A stretch of DNA of 63,467 nt, counting the filler, from Reclinomonas americana ATCC 50394 (Eukaryota): the NCBI GenBank assembly GCA_048213135.1. It is 14 parts of 14 records of this genome, joined end to end, with 100 filler letters (N's around TTAATTAATTAA, not from the genome) between each part and the next. Parts side by side here need not be neighbours in the genome. Positions count along the whole stretch, not along the records: positions 1 to 4,666 come from AFZH01018809.1; positions 4,767 to 10,011 come from AFZH01018811.1; positions 10,112 to 15,236 come from AFZH01018812.1; 11 more parts are not named here. The stretch is one strand, 5' to 3'. This document shows, in pieces, positions 1-14,172 of this stretch. Below the pieces are notes generated by a model. That model worked only from the letters and a program-made list of their open reading frames with translations, ran no database searches and was not told the DNA's origin. Within the stretch, counting starts at the first letter, position 1. Each line of letters starts with the position of its first letter. The position numbers and the translations under genes were made by a program.

Positions 1-4
1 CTCC

Positions 5-3000
5 ATGTTCTTGCGCAACAATACCATGTTGCAGACCAGCAACGACAGCAATCTGGTGGTGGACACTGTCGACGGCACCATCAACATTGGAACGACACTC
101 GCCTCGGCCGTGCGCTTCGATGTCATTGGCAACACGACTGCGCCCGCCAGTGGCTTTGTGACATTCGGCGGCGAGACGCGGGCCGAGTCCGGCATCGTTC
201 TCGGTTTGTTCTTCTCGCGGACAAGAGACTCTCTCTCTCTCTCTCTCGCTTTCTATTCTCTGACCGCTTCGTGCAGGATCGGCCACCACTCCCTTCACCA
301 TGAAACGACCTCCGGCGACGGGCTCCAGCGCCTTCAGTACCACGCTGCGTGGACAGAGCACCAGCAATGGACGCGGTGGCGATCTCTTCATTGAAGGAGG
401 CAGCAGCGCCACTGGCTTGCCGGGAGTGGTCAATATTGGCACACAAACCACTAATGTTTCGTCACCCCTGCCACTCTCACTCTGTTTCTCTCTGCCTCTT
501 TCTCTTACTCTCTATCCCTGTTTCTCACTCTCACATTTTGTCCCTTTCGCTCTCTCTCTCCGTTTTCACTTATCACACTTTCTCCCTCTCTCTCCCTCTC
601 TCTCCCTCTCTCTCCCCCGCACACAGACCGTCACCCTCGGCTCAAGTGGAGGCGTGGTCCACATGTACCCCACCAATGTCAACATGCAAGGCGACATTAC
701 ATTCGCCGGCGGCTCCGGCCCGTCGTACACCATTCGCACCAGTGACTCGACCTCTGCCATGGCCAACGGCATCCCCATGTATCTGCTGGGGCGAGCCGTC
801 ACGGGCGCAGCGGCGTCGTTCCACGGCGGTGATCTGCAGGTGGACGGTGACACGGTCGGCACAATACCGCTCAACGTTGGCACCAATTCTCCACTGGTCT
901 GCTTCCTCCGACTCAGTCCGTCTCCATCCTTGTCTCTCACACACTTTCCCCTACATCAGGTGCAAATCGGAGACGCCGCACTGAACGGCCAGGTGAGCAT
1001 TGCGGGCTCGGCGATCAACATCGGAACGGCGACCTCGCAAGTCAACCTCCAATCCGGCACCTTTGCTGTCAACACGTCACAGGCGGCACAATTCACTGCG
1101 CCCACCATCGCCACCTCGGTTGACACGTTGCTGGTGTCCGGCGGCGGCCCGCTGACCTGGAATGCACCGACGGTCGACATTACGGCGCCGACCGTGTCGC
1201 TGAATGCGGCCGATACGGTGTCGCTGCAGGGCGGACAGCGATTGGACTTGTCGTCGCCGGTCAGCATCGACGCCACTGTCGGCACCGTGCTCTGGTTCAA
1301 CGCCACCGACACCTTCACGGCCACCACGCCCTCCTTGAGCCTCAGTTCGACAACCGAGACGCGCATCACTGCACCGACGGTGAATCTCCAAGGCTCCATG
1401 TCGCTGACCATGACGGCGCCGACTGTCGAGTGGTCCGGCGCGCCCTCCATGCTCACCGCTCCCCAGGTGCGTTTGTACTTGTCTACATTAGTACTTGCCT
1501 GCTGTCACTTACCGCTGCTACCAAAGGTGACTGTCACGTCGTCGACAGCGATCAGCGGCACCTCCGCCGGCATCAACTTGTCGGCCGACCTGATGACCCT
1601 GGCCGGTCAGACCATTACGCTTACTGGCGGATCGTTGCTGTCGCTGCGCGTACCCTCGGCCACTTTTTCCTCGTCGGCCACTTCCGGCACCGTCAGCGTC
1701 AACTGTCAGTATCTCATCATCAGGGCCTGGCAAGGCGTGTCGGTCGACAGTCCACAGACAGCATCACTCGCCTCCGCCACTCTCATGACGCTCAGTGCCG
1801 GCGGCAATGTGACGCTGGCCTCGGCGACCACCACGAACATTAGTGCGGCCACGGTGCAGCTGCAGCCGACAGAGTCGTTCAGCATTGCTGCCGCGCGAGC
1901 GACGATTGCGGCGACGGGCGTCACCGGAAGTGTGGTGGTGCGCGCCGCCACCGATGTGGTCGCCACGGCGACAACCAGCATCACACTTACTGCATCGGCC
2001 GCCCTCAACGGCACTGCACGGCTCATCGCGTGGCAAGCACCGGCGGCGGCCACCATCAATGGCTCCACCTCGTTGACTCTGGCGTCGCTCGATACCGCCG
2101 CCGGTATCACTCCTGCGACCATTACCGACCGCGGAATCAACATGGGGAACAGCATGGTCTCCGGCGGCATTCCGGCCACCACGGCCGTGTTGATATCGGC
2201 CACGGGCGGCGACGTGCAGTTCAACTCGCCGCTCGTCAACTTTAGCAGCGCCATGGCGGCGCCGACATTCACCGCCGCCACCACGTTCCAGGTGCAGGCA
2301 CCCGCCTCGCAGACCGCGACCATCCGCAGTGACGCGGCCGGCGTAACGCTCACCGCGTCCAACTCGCTGAGCGTGTCGGTGCCGCAATCGATGCAGTTGA
2401 CCACGGCCTCGGCCAATGTCACCATCACCGCCGGCACCAACTTGTCGGTGACTGCGGTCGGCGGCACCTCGGCACTGGTGTCGATCACTTCGCCCGCTGT
2501 GTCGTTTCCGGCCACCCGCGACCTGTCCATCGTTTCGGCTGGACCCGTGCGCATCACCGACCTCAACGCCATGGCCGCCGCCAATCCGTCCATTCTCGTG
2601 TCGGCGCCGACGACGACGGTCACTGCGCAGCGACACGTGACGCTGGCCTCGTCGGCGGAGGTGCGACTGCAGGCGCTGGCCAACGATGTGCAAGTGAACT
2701 CGGCCACCAGCAGCCTGCTGGTTGGCACGGCCGATCTGCAGGCATCGGCGACGGCCACGGTGCAGGCGGCCACTGCATTCAACTCGACCGTCACTGGTGT
2801 GTAACACTGCATCTTCTTTTTAGTCTGACCAAGGACGCTAACTCCATGTGCTTCTGCGTGCGGGTGCAGCTGGCGGTTACCTGATTGGTGGCTCGGCGCT
2901 GAACCTGAACGCAATTGGCTCGCTGACAGTGCGCGGCAACACTTTCTCACTGACATCGGCCAGCTCCACCCTGACGGCCAGCACTGCAGTGACCATAACC

Positions 3001-4119
3001 GCCACCACCCTCAACCTCAGCACTACCACCTCGCAGGTGGACACCACGTTCCAGCTCGGCAACTCCGTCACCGATCTGTACACCATCACGGGCGCCACTG
3101 TCTCCGGTACACCCTCGGCCGTGACGATCATGGCGGGCACTGTTGCGCCGCACTCACTCTGTGTGTTGTTTGCTCCTCTCGTTCCGCCCCTCATCTTGCA
3201 CCACCACGCAGACGGGGACGATTGGTGCCGATCTGTACGTGGACGGTGGCGCGCAAGATGCCACCGGCATGTCGGGCTCAGTGTCGGTGGGACTCGAGTC
3301 GCAATCGCTCAACATTCTCCTCGGCAGCCCCACGTACGCTCCCCCCGCCATACGCACGTCTTCTCCTTTCGATATCCGTCTCTCACCTGTTGTACCCCAC
3401 GCAGCGGTGCCATCTACGTGCAAAGCGGAGTGACCCTCAGCGACACGAATCTGTCGTTCATCGACGGCTCCTCGTGCAGCGTGGTCGCCACCGCGGCTAC
3501 CACCAACTGGGCCACGTTGCAGGTGCAAGCCGGCATCTCTTCGAGCAACACCGGTCGCTCCTTGTATCTGGATGCTGGCACCGGCACGTCCACGTCGGGC
3601 ACGCTGTTCGTCGGCAGTGCTGCCGCCAACAGCGCCGTGCAAATCGGTTCCTCCACCGTCAGCACCAGTGTGTGGTCGCAGTCGAATGCGCTGCAAGTGG
3701 GCGATCCCAGCACGAGCGGCGACGTGACCGTGACATTGCCCAACAGCACTGCCACGACGATTCGCGGCCAGAACGCCAACACGAGTTCCTCGATTGTCGG
3801 TGGCAATTTCGTGCTGACGGGCGGCGCCTCGACTCTGGCCACCACCGGACGCGGCGGCAGTGCCTTCCTCGAGGTTTCCGGTACCTCGGCCATCACCTTG
3901 AATGGTGGCAGCGCCCTCCTCACTGTCGGCGCTCTCACCACCATCACCGACCTCAACGCCAACAGCACGGTGATCTCCGCGCCCATGTCGGTGCAGACGT
4001 GGACGCAATTCGGACCACTGTCACCCTTCGTCAAGGTCGGCCTTTTCACCGCCACTGCGCCGGCCAATGGCGCGACCATTAGCATTCCGCACACCCTCAC
4101 TGTCTCCAAGATTGTTGAT
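5..4119 (+). CDS. Large Ser/Thr/Ala/Gly-rich beta-repeat protein (phage spike/tail-fibre-like or adhesin-like); 3'-partial, 5' end uncertain
   Basis: Frame-consistent introns 204-276, 456-626, 897-959, 1467-1526, 2797-2869, 3142-3211, 3334-3404, and a donor at 4120. Repeated GG[DN]Lx[ILV]xGG motifs and short TAPTVx[IL] beta repeats. Confidence 0.7.
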
Positions 4120-4666
4120 GTTGCGTGGCAGGAAAGGGGGAAGGGAGAAGGGAAAGGGAGAGAAGGGGGGAAGGGGTATAAAGGGGAAGGGAGAAGGGAG
4201 GGGGAAGGAGAGGGGAGAAGGGGGGCAAAGGAGAAGGAGAAGGAGTGAAAGGGTGCAAGTGGGAAGGGGAAGGGAAGGGACGGTGATGCAGAAAGGGAAA
4301 GCTGCGGAGAAGTAGCGGAGAAGCAGTGAAGCAGCGGAGAAGCAGTGGAGAAGCGGAGGGAAGAAGCGGGGAAGCAGGACAAGCAGTGGAAAAGCAGAGG
4401 GAAGATGTGGGGAAGGGGACGGGAGGAGATCGAGAAAGAAAGGGAAAACAAAAGGAGTGTGCCGGGGGAAAGAATGAAGAAAGATAGGGACGGAAAAAAT
4501 GCAGTATGAAAGAGTGGTGCTGAACGCGAGTGCGAAGGAGGAAGACAAGCAGTCGGAGTAACGGCCTTTAGAATACAAGAAAACAGAGATCGATTCAGCG
4601 GAGGAAGGAGAAGACCACACAGTTGTGCTCACACGTCGCACCTCAGAGCACCATCACAACCATCAG

Positions 4667-4766
4667 NNNNNNNNNNNNNNNNNNNNNNNNNNNNNNNNNN
4701 NNNNNNNNNNTTAATTAATTAANNNNNNNNNNNNNNNNNNNNNNNNNNNNNNNNNNNNNNNNNNNN
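4667..4766. other. Assembly spacer (N44 + TTAATTAATTAA six-frame stop linker + N44); first of 13
   Basis: Identical 100-nt blocks also start at 10012, 15237, 19043, 28133, 29636, 31201, 34796, 39773, 47844, 53516, 58180 and 60893, mostly flanked by simple repeats. Confidence 0.98.
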
Positions 4767-4841
<75 letters not shown>

Positions 4842-5159
4842 GAAGAGAGAGAGAGAGAGTGCTGCAACAGCTGCATGAAGCCCGTCTCTCTTCTCCAATC
4901 ATTCTCGTTCTCCCCTCTCGTTCTCCCCTCTCGTTCTCCCCTCTCGTTCTCCCCTCTCGTTCTCCCCTCTCGTTCGCCCCTCTCTTCACCTCTCGTTCTC
5001 CCCTCTCGTTCTCCCTCTCGTTCTCCCCTCTCGTTCTCCTTCTCTCGTTCTCCCCCTCTCGCTCTTCCCCTCTCTTTCTCGCTCTTCTCGTTCTCCCCTC
5101 CCCGCCTTCCCTCCTTATCTCCCCTTCCCTCCCCCTCTCGCTCATCACCTCCCCCGCAG

Positions 5160-6646
5160 CTACGAGGCACAGCTGCGACAGATGCGACTCGATCACGAGG
5201 TGACTGTGCGCGACATCAAGCGCGCGTATGAGAAGGAGACGCAGCGAGTTGCGTCTCCTTGGGTTGTGTGTGCATCTCCTTTGCCTCTTCGCCCTCTCAC
5301 ACGTGACGGTCTGCGACAGCTGGAGCGCAATGCCGCGGTGGCGCTGGATCGCATGTATAGCGGGCGATCGACGGAGGAGTTTGTGCATCGGAATCAGGTG
5401 GAGGAGCTGCGTGAGCGATTCAATGCGCAGGCCAAGGCGCTGGAGGAGGCGTTGGAGCGGGAGCAGAGGCGGGCGGATGAGGCGCGTGAGGCGTACCATC
5501 GACTGGCGGTGGAGTCGAGTGGGCGTATCAAGCAGCTGGAGCACGAGGTGCGTGTGGCGCGACGGCTGGCCGACACGGACGAGACAATGGCGGCGTTGGG
5601 CATTGATCGCTCAGAGCGTGGAACGACGGGACGGAAGGATCGTCTGCTCAGCAGCGGAGGAGGAGGCAGCAGCGGTGGGCTGCGCACGCCCACGAACAAG
5701 GCGCAGTCGTCGTCGGCGTCGTCGTCGGATGAGGACGAGGCGGCGGCGCACAGTCGCTTCTTCAACGACAAGCTGCTGGAGTTCCGCACGAGGGAGCGCG
5801 AGTTGGTGGAGCAAATAGCGTCGACCAAGCGCACGTACGAGAAGGAAATGGCCGATGGTGAGTGGCGGGGGAGGAAGGAGGAGGGGGAGATCGTGAGATG
5901 AGACAGGTGAACTCACGTTTTCCTCATGTCGGGCAGTGCTGGAGAAGATGCTGGTGCTGGTCGACGAGAAGCACGCGTTGCAAGAATCGCTCAAGCACTC
6001 CAACTCGCAGCTGCTGCGTGCGCAGGCCGATGTGGACCGCCTGCGCAACGAAGTGGATCGCTACTCGACTGTTGCGTGCACGCAGCTTTTTGTCGTGGGA
6101 GAGTTATGTGTTGTCTCACTGGGCGATTTGTTGTGTGCAGGAGCTGGAGGTCAAGATTCGCGAGTGCAATCGTCTCGAGGATCTGTCACGGCAGCTGGAG
6201 TTCGACAACAAGGACGTCAGTGAGCGGCTACGCACCATTGAGCTCCGACACGCCGACGCGTGCAGCGAAGGTGTGTGTTCCAGAGGGGAAATGCAAGGTG
6301 TGCTGCCGCTCATCGATCTCTCCCTCCTACAGGTGAACGGCTGCGACACCTGCTCCGTGCGGCCTCGGCACACACGCAAGAAATATTGCACGAGAACGAG
6401 GTGCTGGCGCGGCATTCGAATATTGGCCGACCTCTGTCGGCCTCGGCTCCATCACCCGCGCGCAGTTCGTTCGAGACATCGCTGCGTGGCACGCGGCCTC
6501 TGCCGCAGTCGTCAATCGCCACCGATGGATCGCTAATCTCCACGCTGGCGGGCAGCGGCAGTGGTCCTGGATCGCTGTCGTTTAGTGCATTTGGTGGAGC
6601 GTCGTCCGCCGCCGCAGCCTCGAAGCGCGTGTCATTTTTGTTGTAA
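5160..6646 (+). CDS. Coiled-coil protein, 5'-partial
   Basis: Introns 5248-5319, 5858-5936, 6071-6140 and 6271-6332 join E/R/Q/L-rich heptad exons; ends ...KRVSFLL-TAA at 6646. Confidence 0.7.
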
Positions 6647-6681
6647 GTCGCGACGCCCCGCGATGCTCGAGCGTGCGTGTG

Positions 6682-6950
6682 AATGTAGCGATGATATAAA
6701 CCGACACTTTCTCTGTGTGCGCGCGTGGTTCTCCATGTAAGTTCTCTACAACTACGCGCAGCGCTTGTCTCCAATCATAATGTAGCGATGACAGAAACCG
6801 ACACATTTTGCGTGTGCGCGCGTAAGTTCTCTACAACTGCGCGCAGCGCTTGTCTCCAATCATGCATCCGAATGTAACGATGACAGAAACCGACGCTTTT
6901 GTGTTTGCGCGCGCGGGGGTCTCCATACAATTCCTCTACGCCAAGTGCGT
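6682..6950. repeat. Three degenerate ~92-97-bp tandem copies between convergent genes
   Basis: AATGTA[GA]CGATGA..[TG]AAACCGAC...GCGCGCG...CTCTAC units start at 6682, 6779 and 6871. Confidence 0.85.
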
Positions 6951-6976
6951 TACTGCGCGCACATTCTCTCATCTCC

Positions 6977-8309
6977 TCACTTCTTTTGCTTGTTCTGCAC
7001 GGCGACCACGCGATCGACGAGGTCTTGCGATGCGTAGCATTGAGCCTGCGCACCCACATGCGCGTGTCAGCACCCTCGACGATACACAAACTGCCTCTCG
7101 AGCAGAACATACCTGTGCGTCGGCCTCGCGCTGCAGGCACCGATCGAGATCACCGAGCACCTGCTGTCGCAGACTCTGCAGGGCAGTGCGCACCGACAGG
7201 GAGCCAGCATCGGCAATCTGATACGCGATCTCCAGCGCTCGTGGCAGCACCTACAGGTAGGGAAAGAGGATCAGTCGGTGGCTTGAAGAAGAAAGCTGTG
7301 GGGTTTCACGCAACATCATCGACACTCGGGCACGCCTCCAGCACAACACCGCGCTTCGCCGCCTCGTCACCCGAAATCAACTCTCCACTCAACAGCAGAT
7401 AGTTGCTGACTTGCGAGTTGCCGACAATGCGCGGCAGGAAGAAGGTGCCGCCCATGCCCGGATGCAGGTTGAGCTTGGTAAAGTTGACGCCGAGCTGTGC
7501 GTTATTCCGACGACTGAGTGCCGAAACAGAATGAGATGAAGAAGAGCGAGGATTGTTGTACCTTGGCAGTGCTCGAGGCCACGCGAATGTCGGTGGCCAG
7601 TGCCACGCACAGTCCAGCGCCCACAGCTGTGAGTGGAGAGTCAGTCGCGAGGAGAAGCTCTTCTTCTATCTGCAGTGGGCGGACATACCGTGCCCATTGA
7701 TAGCCGAGATGACGGGCACTGGCAGCTGCAAGAGCGACAGGAAGCGACCGTAACTAATACAGCAGAAGGCACGCATGTGAGTGTGTGTGTTTGAAGAAGA
7801 AAGACAGACAGTGAGAGTGCAAGGCAAACGCAACAAGGCTCGCATGTGCTTCACATTGTCGGCTGGTGTCGATCGCGACCGCTCCAGCAGGAAGTCCAGG
7901 TCGCCACCAGCACTAAAGGCACGACCGGCACCTTACACAACAAGCATCCAGTGAGCGAGTGAGTCTCTGAGCAGAGTGAGGGAAGGGGGTGAGCGCGCAC
8001 CAGTGAGCACCACTGCTGAGAGTGTGTCAGGCGACTCGGCCTTGAGCTGATCGACCACTCGCACGAAAGCTTCGCCCATTTCCACGCTGAGTGCGTTGAG
8101 CTTGCTCTGTGGTGTGGCGATTTAGCAGGAGAGAGAGACTAAGAAGAGAGAGAGAGAGAGAGAGATGAGGAGAATGCAACTGGTCGATTGAGTGTGATGA
8201 TTGCCACACGCTTGTCGCGCTCTGCACGCGTGAGCAACACGGGTGCGTTGGCGTCGGAGGACATGAGGCGACGGAGAGGGGCGGTGGTGAGAAGTCGGCG
8301 CGCGAACAT
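6977..8309 (-). CDS. Mitochondrial enoyl-CoA hydratase/isomerase (crotonase) family protein
   Basis: 8 exons; presequence-like MFARRLLTTAPLRRLMSS; motifs ITLNRPSKLNAL, GRAFSAGGDL, PVISAINGHAVGAG, LHPGMGGT. Confidence 0.93.
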
Positions 8310-8480
8310 GGTCGGAAAAAAGAAATGCATGATAGGCGGGACGCAGGCTGCTGCTCTTGCTGCGAAGTCTGCTCGTTTCGTGCTTGTTCTAGAAGGCGCC
8401 TCACACAGAGCGTTGATCAGGGATGCTCTTTCCAGCTCGCCTGGAGAAGCTTGAGCACCAACTGCGAACTTCTTGGAGTC

Positions 8481-8596
8481 TGACTGTGGGATGCGATCGC
8501 CAGTGTACTGTGCAACGGAAGCGCTGCGCCCAACTCGCAGTCGGTCCTCCCCTCTCTTCCGTTGCGCAGTACACTGGCGATCGCATCCCACAGTCA
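8481..8596. repeat. 41-bp inverted repeat (hairpin) with 34-nt loop
   Basis: 8481-8521 is the reverse complement of 8556-8596 with one mismatch (G-U compatible on the + strand). Confidence 0.95.
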
Positions 8597-8981
8597 ATCT
8601 CACTTCGTCTTGTTGGCGTCAGTTTGTGACGCGATCACTCGTGCACTGTGCAACGGAAGCACTGCGCCCATCTCATAGTCGTTCCTCTTCCCAGCTCGCT
8701 AAGGCGAGTTTGCAGTGCCTATTACTGCCACGCAATTACCGGTGCACTATGCAATCGGCACCGCTGCGCCCAGCTCGCAGTCAATCCTCCTCCCTGCGCC
8801 ACGTGCACTGTTCATCGACAGAACCAATCCGTCCAGCAGAGATCGCGGTGTACGCTCATCGCATCCACACCACCCACTGCGCGTCCATCAGGCATGCGAT
8901 TCCCACTGTTTGACAATGGTTCCCACTCGCCGCAGCTCCAGCCATCGTCGTTCTTCCAAACAGGCACGATATACACTTCCA

Positions 8982-10838
<1,857 letters not shown>

Positions 10839-11094
10839 CCTCGCGTTCTCTCTCTTTGTGTGATTGGTGTCGTTCCCGCTCACGCGAGCCTTTCCTTTTG
10901 TACCGCCAGTTTCTGTATGCGTAAGTTTCGCGATCTCGGTTGAAGCACATGACGACGTCTTGCGGCACTCACGGGTGTTTGATTCCGCTGCAGCACGCGA
11001 TGACTTGCAGCGTCAAACGATATCAAACTCGTAGAGTACATTCGACAAGCAGCAAAATACTGGCGCCGGCCACCGTGACCAATTCACTTCCTCA

Positions 11095-12019
11095 TCACTC
11101 GGGCACGACAAAGTCTATGGCTGCCCTCAGGTTGTCCTCCAGGTCACCATAGTTCCTGAACTTGTACCTGTACATTCTCGAGTGAATCACGCACCACTTT
11201 TGCAATGGAGAATGGGCAAGTGCAGTAGCACGGATCAGGACGCACACTTCTTTCCTCGCACCGGGAATCGTCAAAGTGAGGATGCTGTCGCCGTCCTTGC
11301 CAATCTGATACACGCAGCAGGTTAGCTGCATGCGCTGCGGAATAATTATCGGAGAGGGAGTGAACGCAACCACAATGTCTTTCAGCTGGTCGTTGGGAAT
11401 AACGTACAATCTCTTTTGAGCTCCAACTGCCACGTCCGACCTGCTCACGTTCACATAGTGTCACTCATAATAATCAGACGAGAGAGAGAGAGAGAGAGCA
11501 TGAAATCAGTGTAACTCACCAGGCGATAATGAGTTTTTCAGGCTGCTTTTTCTTGTTGTACGGTCGCTCAAGCCACACCCAGCGTGTTTCCCATGTCTGC
11601 CGCACAAATGCGAGATCAGAGAGCATGCGCATCTTGCACGTGCACGAAGCGTAGCGAGAGAGAAAAAGTGACACACCCTGCCAAATGGACCGCCAAGCTT
11701 CTCCACCTGGTCGTTGGACGTCCAATTGTACTGCTTGCCAGCGAGTGTAGGAGCAGTGTTCCTAGCCGTGGTAGTCTCCACCATGCCCTCCTCGTCCTCA
11801 TCGGCCTCGAAGAAGCCGAGCGCTGCGCGAATGCGCGAGTGAGTGCACAATCCACACTCTCGTGTCAGCGAAGAATGTTTGCAAAACAATACCATCGAGA
11901 TCCTGCAATACTTCACGCTTCTCCTCACGAGTCATGCGACGCGCGTCCGCGCAGTACACCAGGGCCGCAATGGCCAGCAGCAGCAGCAGCAACGGCAGTG
12001 ATGTCGACAGGCGCATCAT
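11095..12019 (-). CDS. Small protein with N-terminal signal-peptide-like segment and PH-like C-terminal half
   Basis: MMRLSTSLPLLLLLLAIAALVYCADA, then spliced KLGGPFGR|TWETRWVWL...KLIIAWS...VYKFR...; stop at 11095. Confidence 0.6.
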
Positions 12020-12616
12020 CTGCGGGGGAGGTCGCGGGGAGGGAGAGAGCGTGAACGTGAATGATTGTCTGAAAAAACAGATAGCGAGCGAGCGAGTGTG
12101 AGGGTACCTCAAGCTGCTCTCGCACGCGAACGATAATAATGGATGATTGCACCTGCAGAGATATCGATATCCACCGGGATCGCGAGTCGACTGGATATCG
12201 CGAGCACTCTACATGAGCAGATTACACACCAAAGAATTCTGGCTCGTGGCCATGGAATTGGGCGTGTGGGAGGATGTGCCACACATGCATCTGGTAATGC
12301 TCGTCAATCGTGTCATGTGGTTTTGTACCAGTCGCAGGCAACAGTCTGATGCAATTGACAATATCGATTTAGATCGATGATCGCTGTACAATTCTTCTTT
12401 CCTTCGACAGAGATTTGTGCGTGATCGGCGGAAAATGTAGGAGTCGTGCATCGCAAAAGGTGCCTCGTCCATTGCTCTTCTCTCGCGTGATAGTGCAAAT
12501 GGGGACAGTGACAATCCCGGGCCGCGAGCCTCATGTCACAGGCCCATCTGGCATCCTCGTGGAGCGCACCTTCTGTCTGTCTGCCTCCTGTCTCTTTGTG
12601 AGTGAGTGAATAAGCC

Positions 12617-14112
12617 ATGGGCAAGGGAAAGAAGGCCGCACGCGCGGGAGAAGATGAGGACACGAGGGTCCGTATTGCCATTGTGTCTGGCGAGCGATGC
12701 AAGCCGCGCAAGTGCAAGCAGGAGTGCAAGAAGAACTGCCCGATTGTGAAGATGGGTGAGTGGCAGCAGAGAAAAGAAGGAGACGGGCGAAGTGGGGTTG
12801 GGACATGGTGCAAACACACATGTGTGCTCACTTTCACACGCACACGTGCATGTGTGTACACTTGAGTTGCTTGATGCGTCCGTCTGCACGCGCTTGTGCC
12901 CATGTCTGTGAGTGAGTGAGTGAGTGGGCAGTGAGCAGCGAGGGGACATGTCCAAACTGCGACTGTCTGTGTGTGTGACCACTCATGTGACCACTCTGGC
13001 GTGCAGGCAAGCTGTGCATTGAGGTGAATCCGGCCGACAAGATCTCCTTCATCTCCGAGGAGCTGTGCATCGGATGCGGCATCTGTGTCAAGGTTCATCA
13101 AGATTGGAAGGGCCGACTTGTCTTTTCCCAGCGCAGAATCCTTACTCGGTCGTCCGTGCAGAAATGCCCATTCGAGGCCATTGCGATCATCAATCTGCCG
13201 AAGGATCTGTCGTCGCAGACCACACATCGTTATGGACCCAACTCGTTCAAGCTGCATCGTCTGCCGCAGCCGCGTCCGGGTCAAGTGCTCGGTCTCGTTG
13301 GCTCCAATGGAACGGGCAAGTCGACAGCACTGAAGATCCTCGTCGGCCAGTACAAGCCGAATCTGGGCCGCTGGGATGTTGCGCACGCATGCATTTGTTT
13401 CCTGTGGTGCTAGTCTTCAAGCTCAATCTCCTCTGTCTCGCTTTCCAGAACCCGCCAGAGTGGACCGAGATCCTGCAGTACTTCCGTGGCTCGGATCTGC
13501 AAAACTACTTCACCAGGCAGCTGGAGGAGAGGCTGCGTGCCAAGATCAAGCCGCAGTACGTCGACCACATCCCCAAGGCCGTCAACGGCACCGTGAACCA
13601 GGTGGTGGCGTCCAAGGACGAGAAGCAATGTCGCGATCATTTGCTGAGGGAACTCGGTGCGCAGTGAGCCCGTTGTCTCCCCCTCTCCCCCCTCCCTTCT
13701 CTCTCACTCACACTCACACGTTCGAATAGACCTCGAGAAGATTGCTCACCGCAACGTGGGCGACCTGAGCGGTGGTGAGCTGCAGCGCTTTGCCATTGCT
13801 GTGGTGTGGATGCAGGAGGCCGATGTGTACTTGTTTGATGAGCCGTCGTCGTACCTCGACATCAAGCAGCGCCTCGTGGCTGCGCGCATCATTCGCGACC
13901 TGCTGACCACCGACAACTACGTGGTGGTCGTCGAGCACGATTTGTCCGTGCTGGATTACCTCTCGGACTACATTTGCATGCTGTACGGTGTGCCGGGTGC
14001 GTACGGAGTCGTCACTACCCCGTTCTCTGTCCGCGAGGGCATCAACATTTTCCTGGCGGGATTCTTGCCGACGGAGAACTTGCGCTTCCGCGAGGTGGAG
14101 CTGACCTTCAAG
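12617..14112 (+). CDS. ABCE1: ABCE1/RLI1 ribosome-recycling ATPase, N-terminal half
   Basis: Fe-S domain ([28 protein letters not shown]), Walker [28 protein letters not shown]; introns 12756-13006, 13093-13161, 13378-13448, 13657-13729; donor at 14113. Confidence 0.98.
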
Positions 14113-14172
14113 GTGGGTGAGGGAGAAGGGCTGGAGTAGTCAAACAACTCGTTCTCTCTCTCTCTCTCTCAC

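Noticed and set aside
1706..2956. Long antisense ORFs opposite real genes
   Set aside because: Expected shadow ORFs of GC-rich coding sequence; no independent motifs or splice structure.
4667..4766. Regularly recurring TTAATTAATTAA palindrome
   Set aside because: Artificial six-frame-stop linker within N padding; IMP3 splices cleanly across one copy.
12120..12600. Intergenic stretch scanned for a variant U1/U6 snRNA or a tRNA that might explain the splice code
   Set aside because: No ACTTACCTG-like 5' end, ACAGAGA box in U6 context or cloverleaf recognised by eye; a covariance-model search is needed to exclude this properly.
12617..14112. Possible stop-codon reassignment to explain fragmented ORFs
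   Set aside because: All stops in the reconstructed conserved genes fall inside introns; spliced frames are open, and both TAA and TGA serve as terminators.
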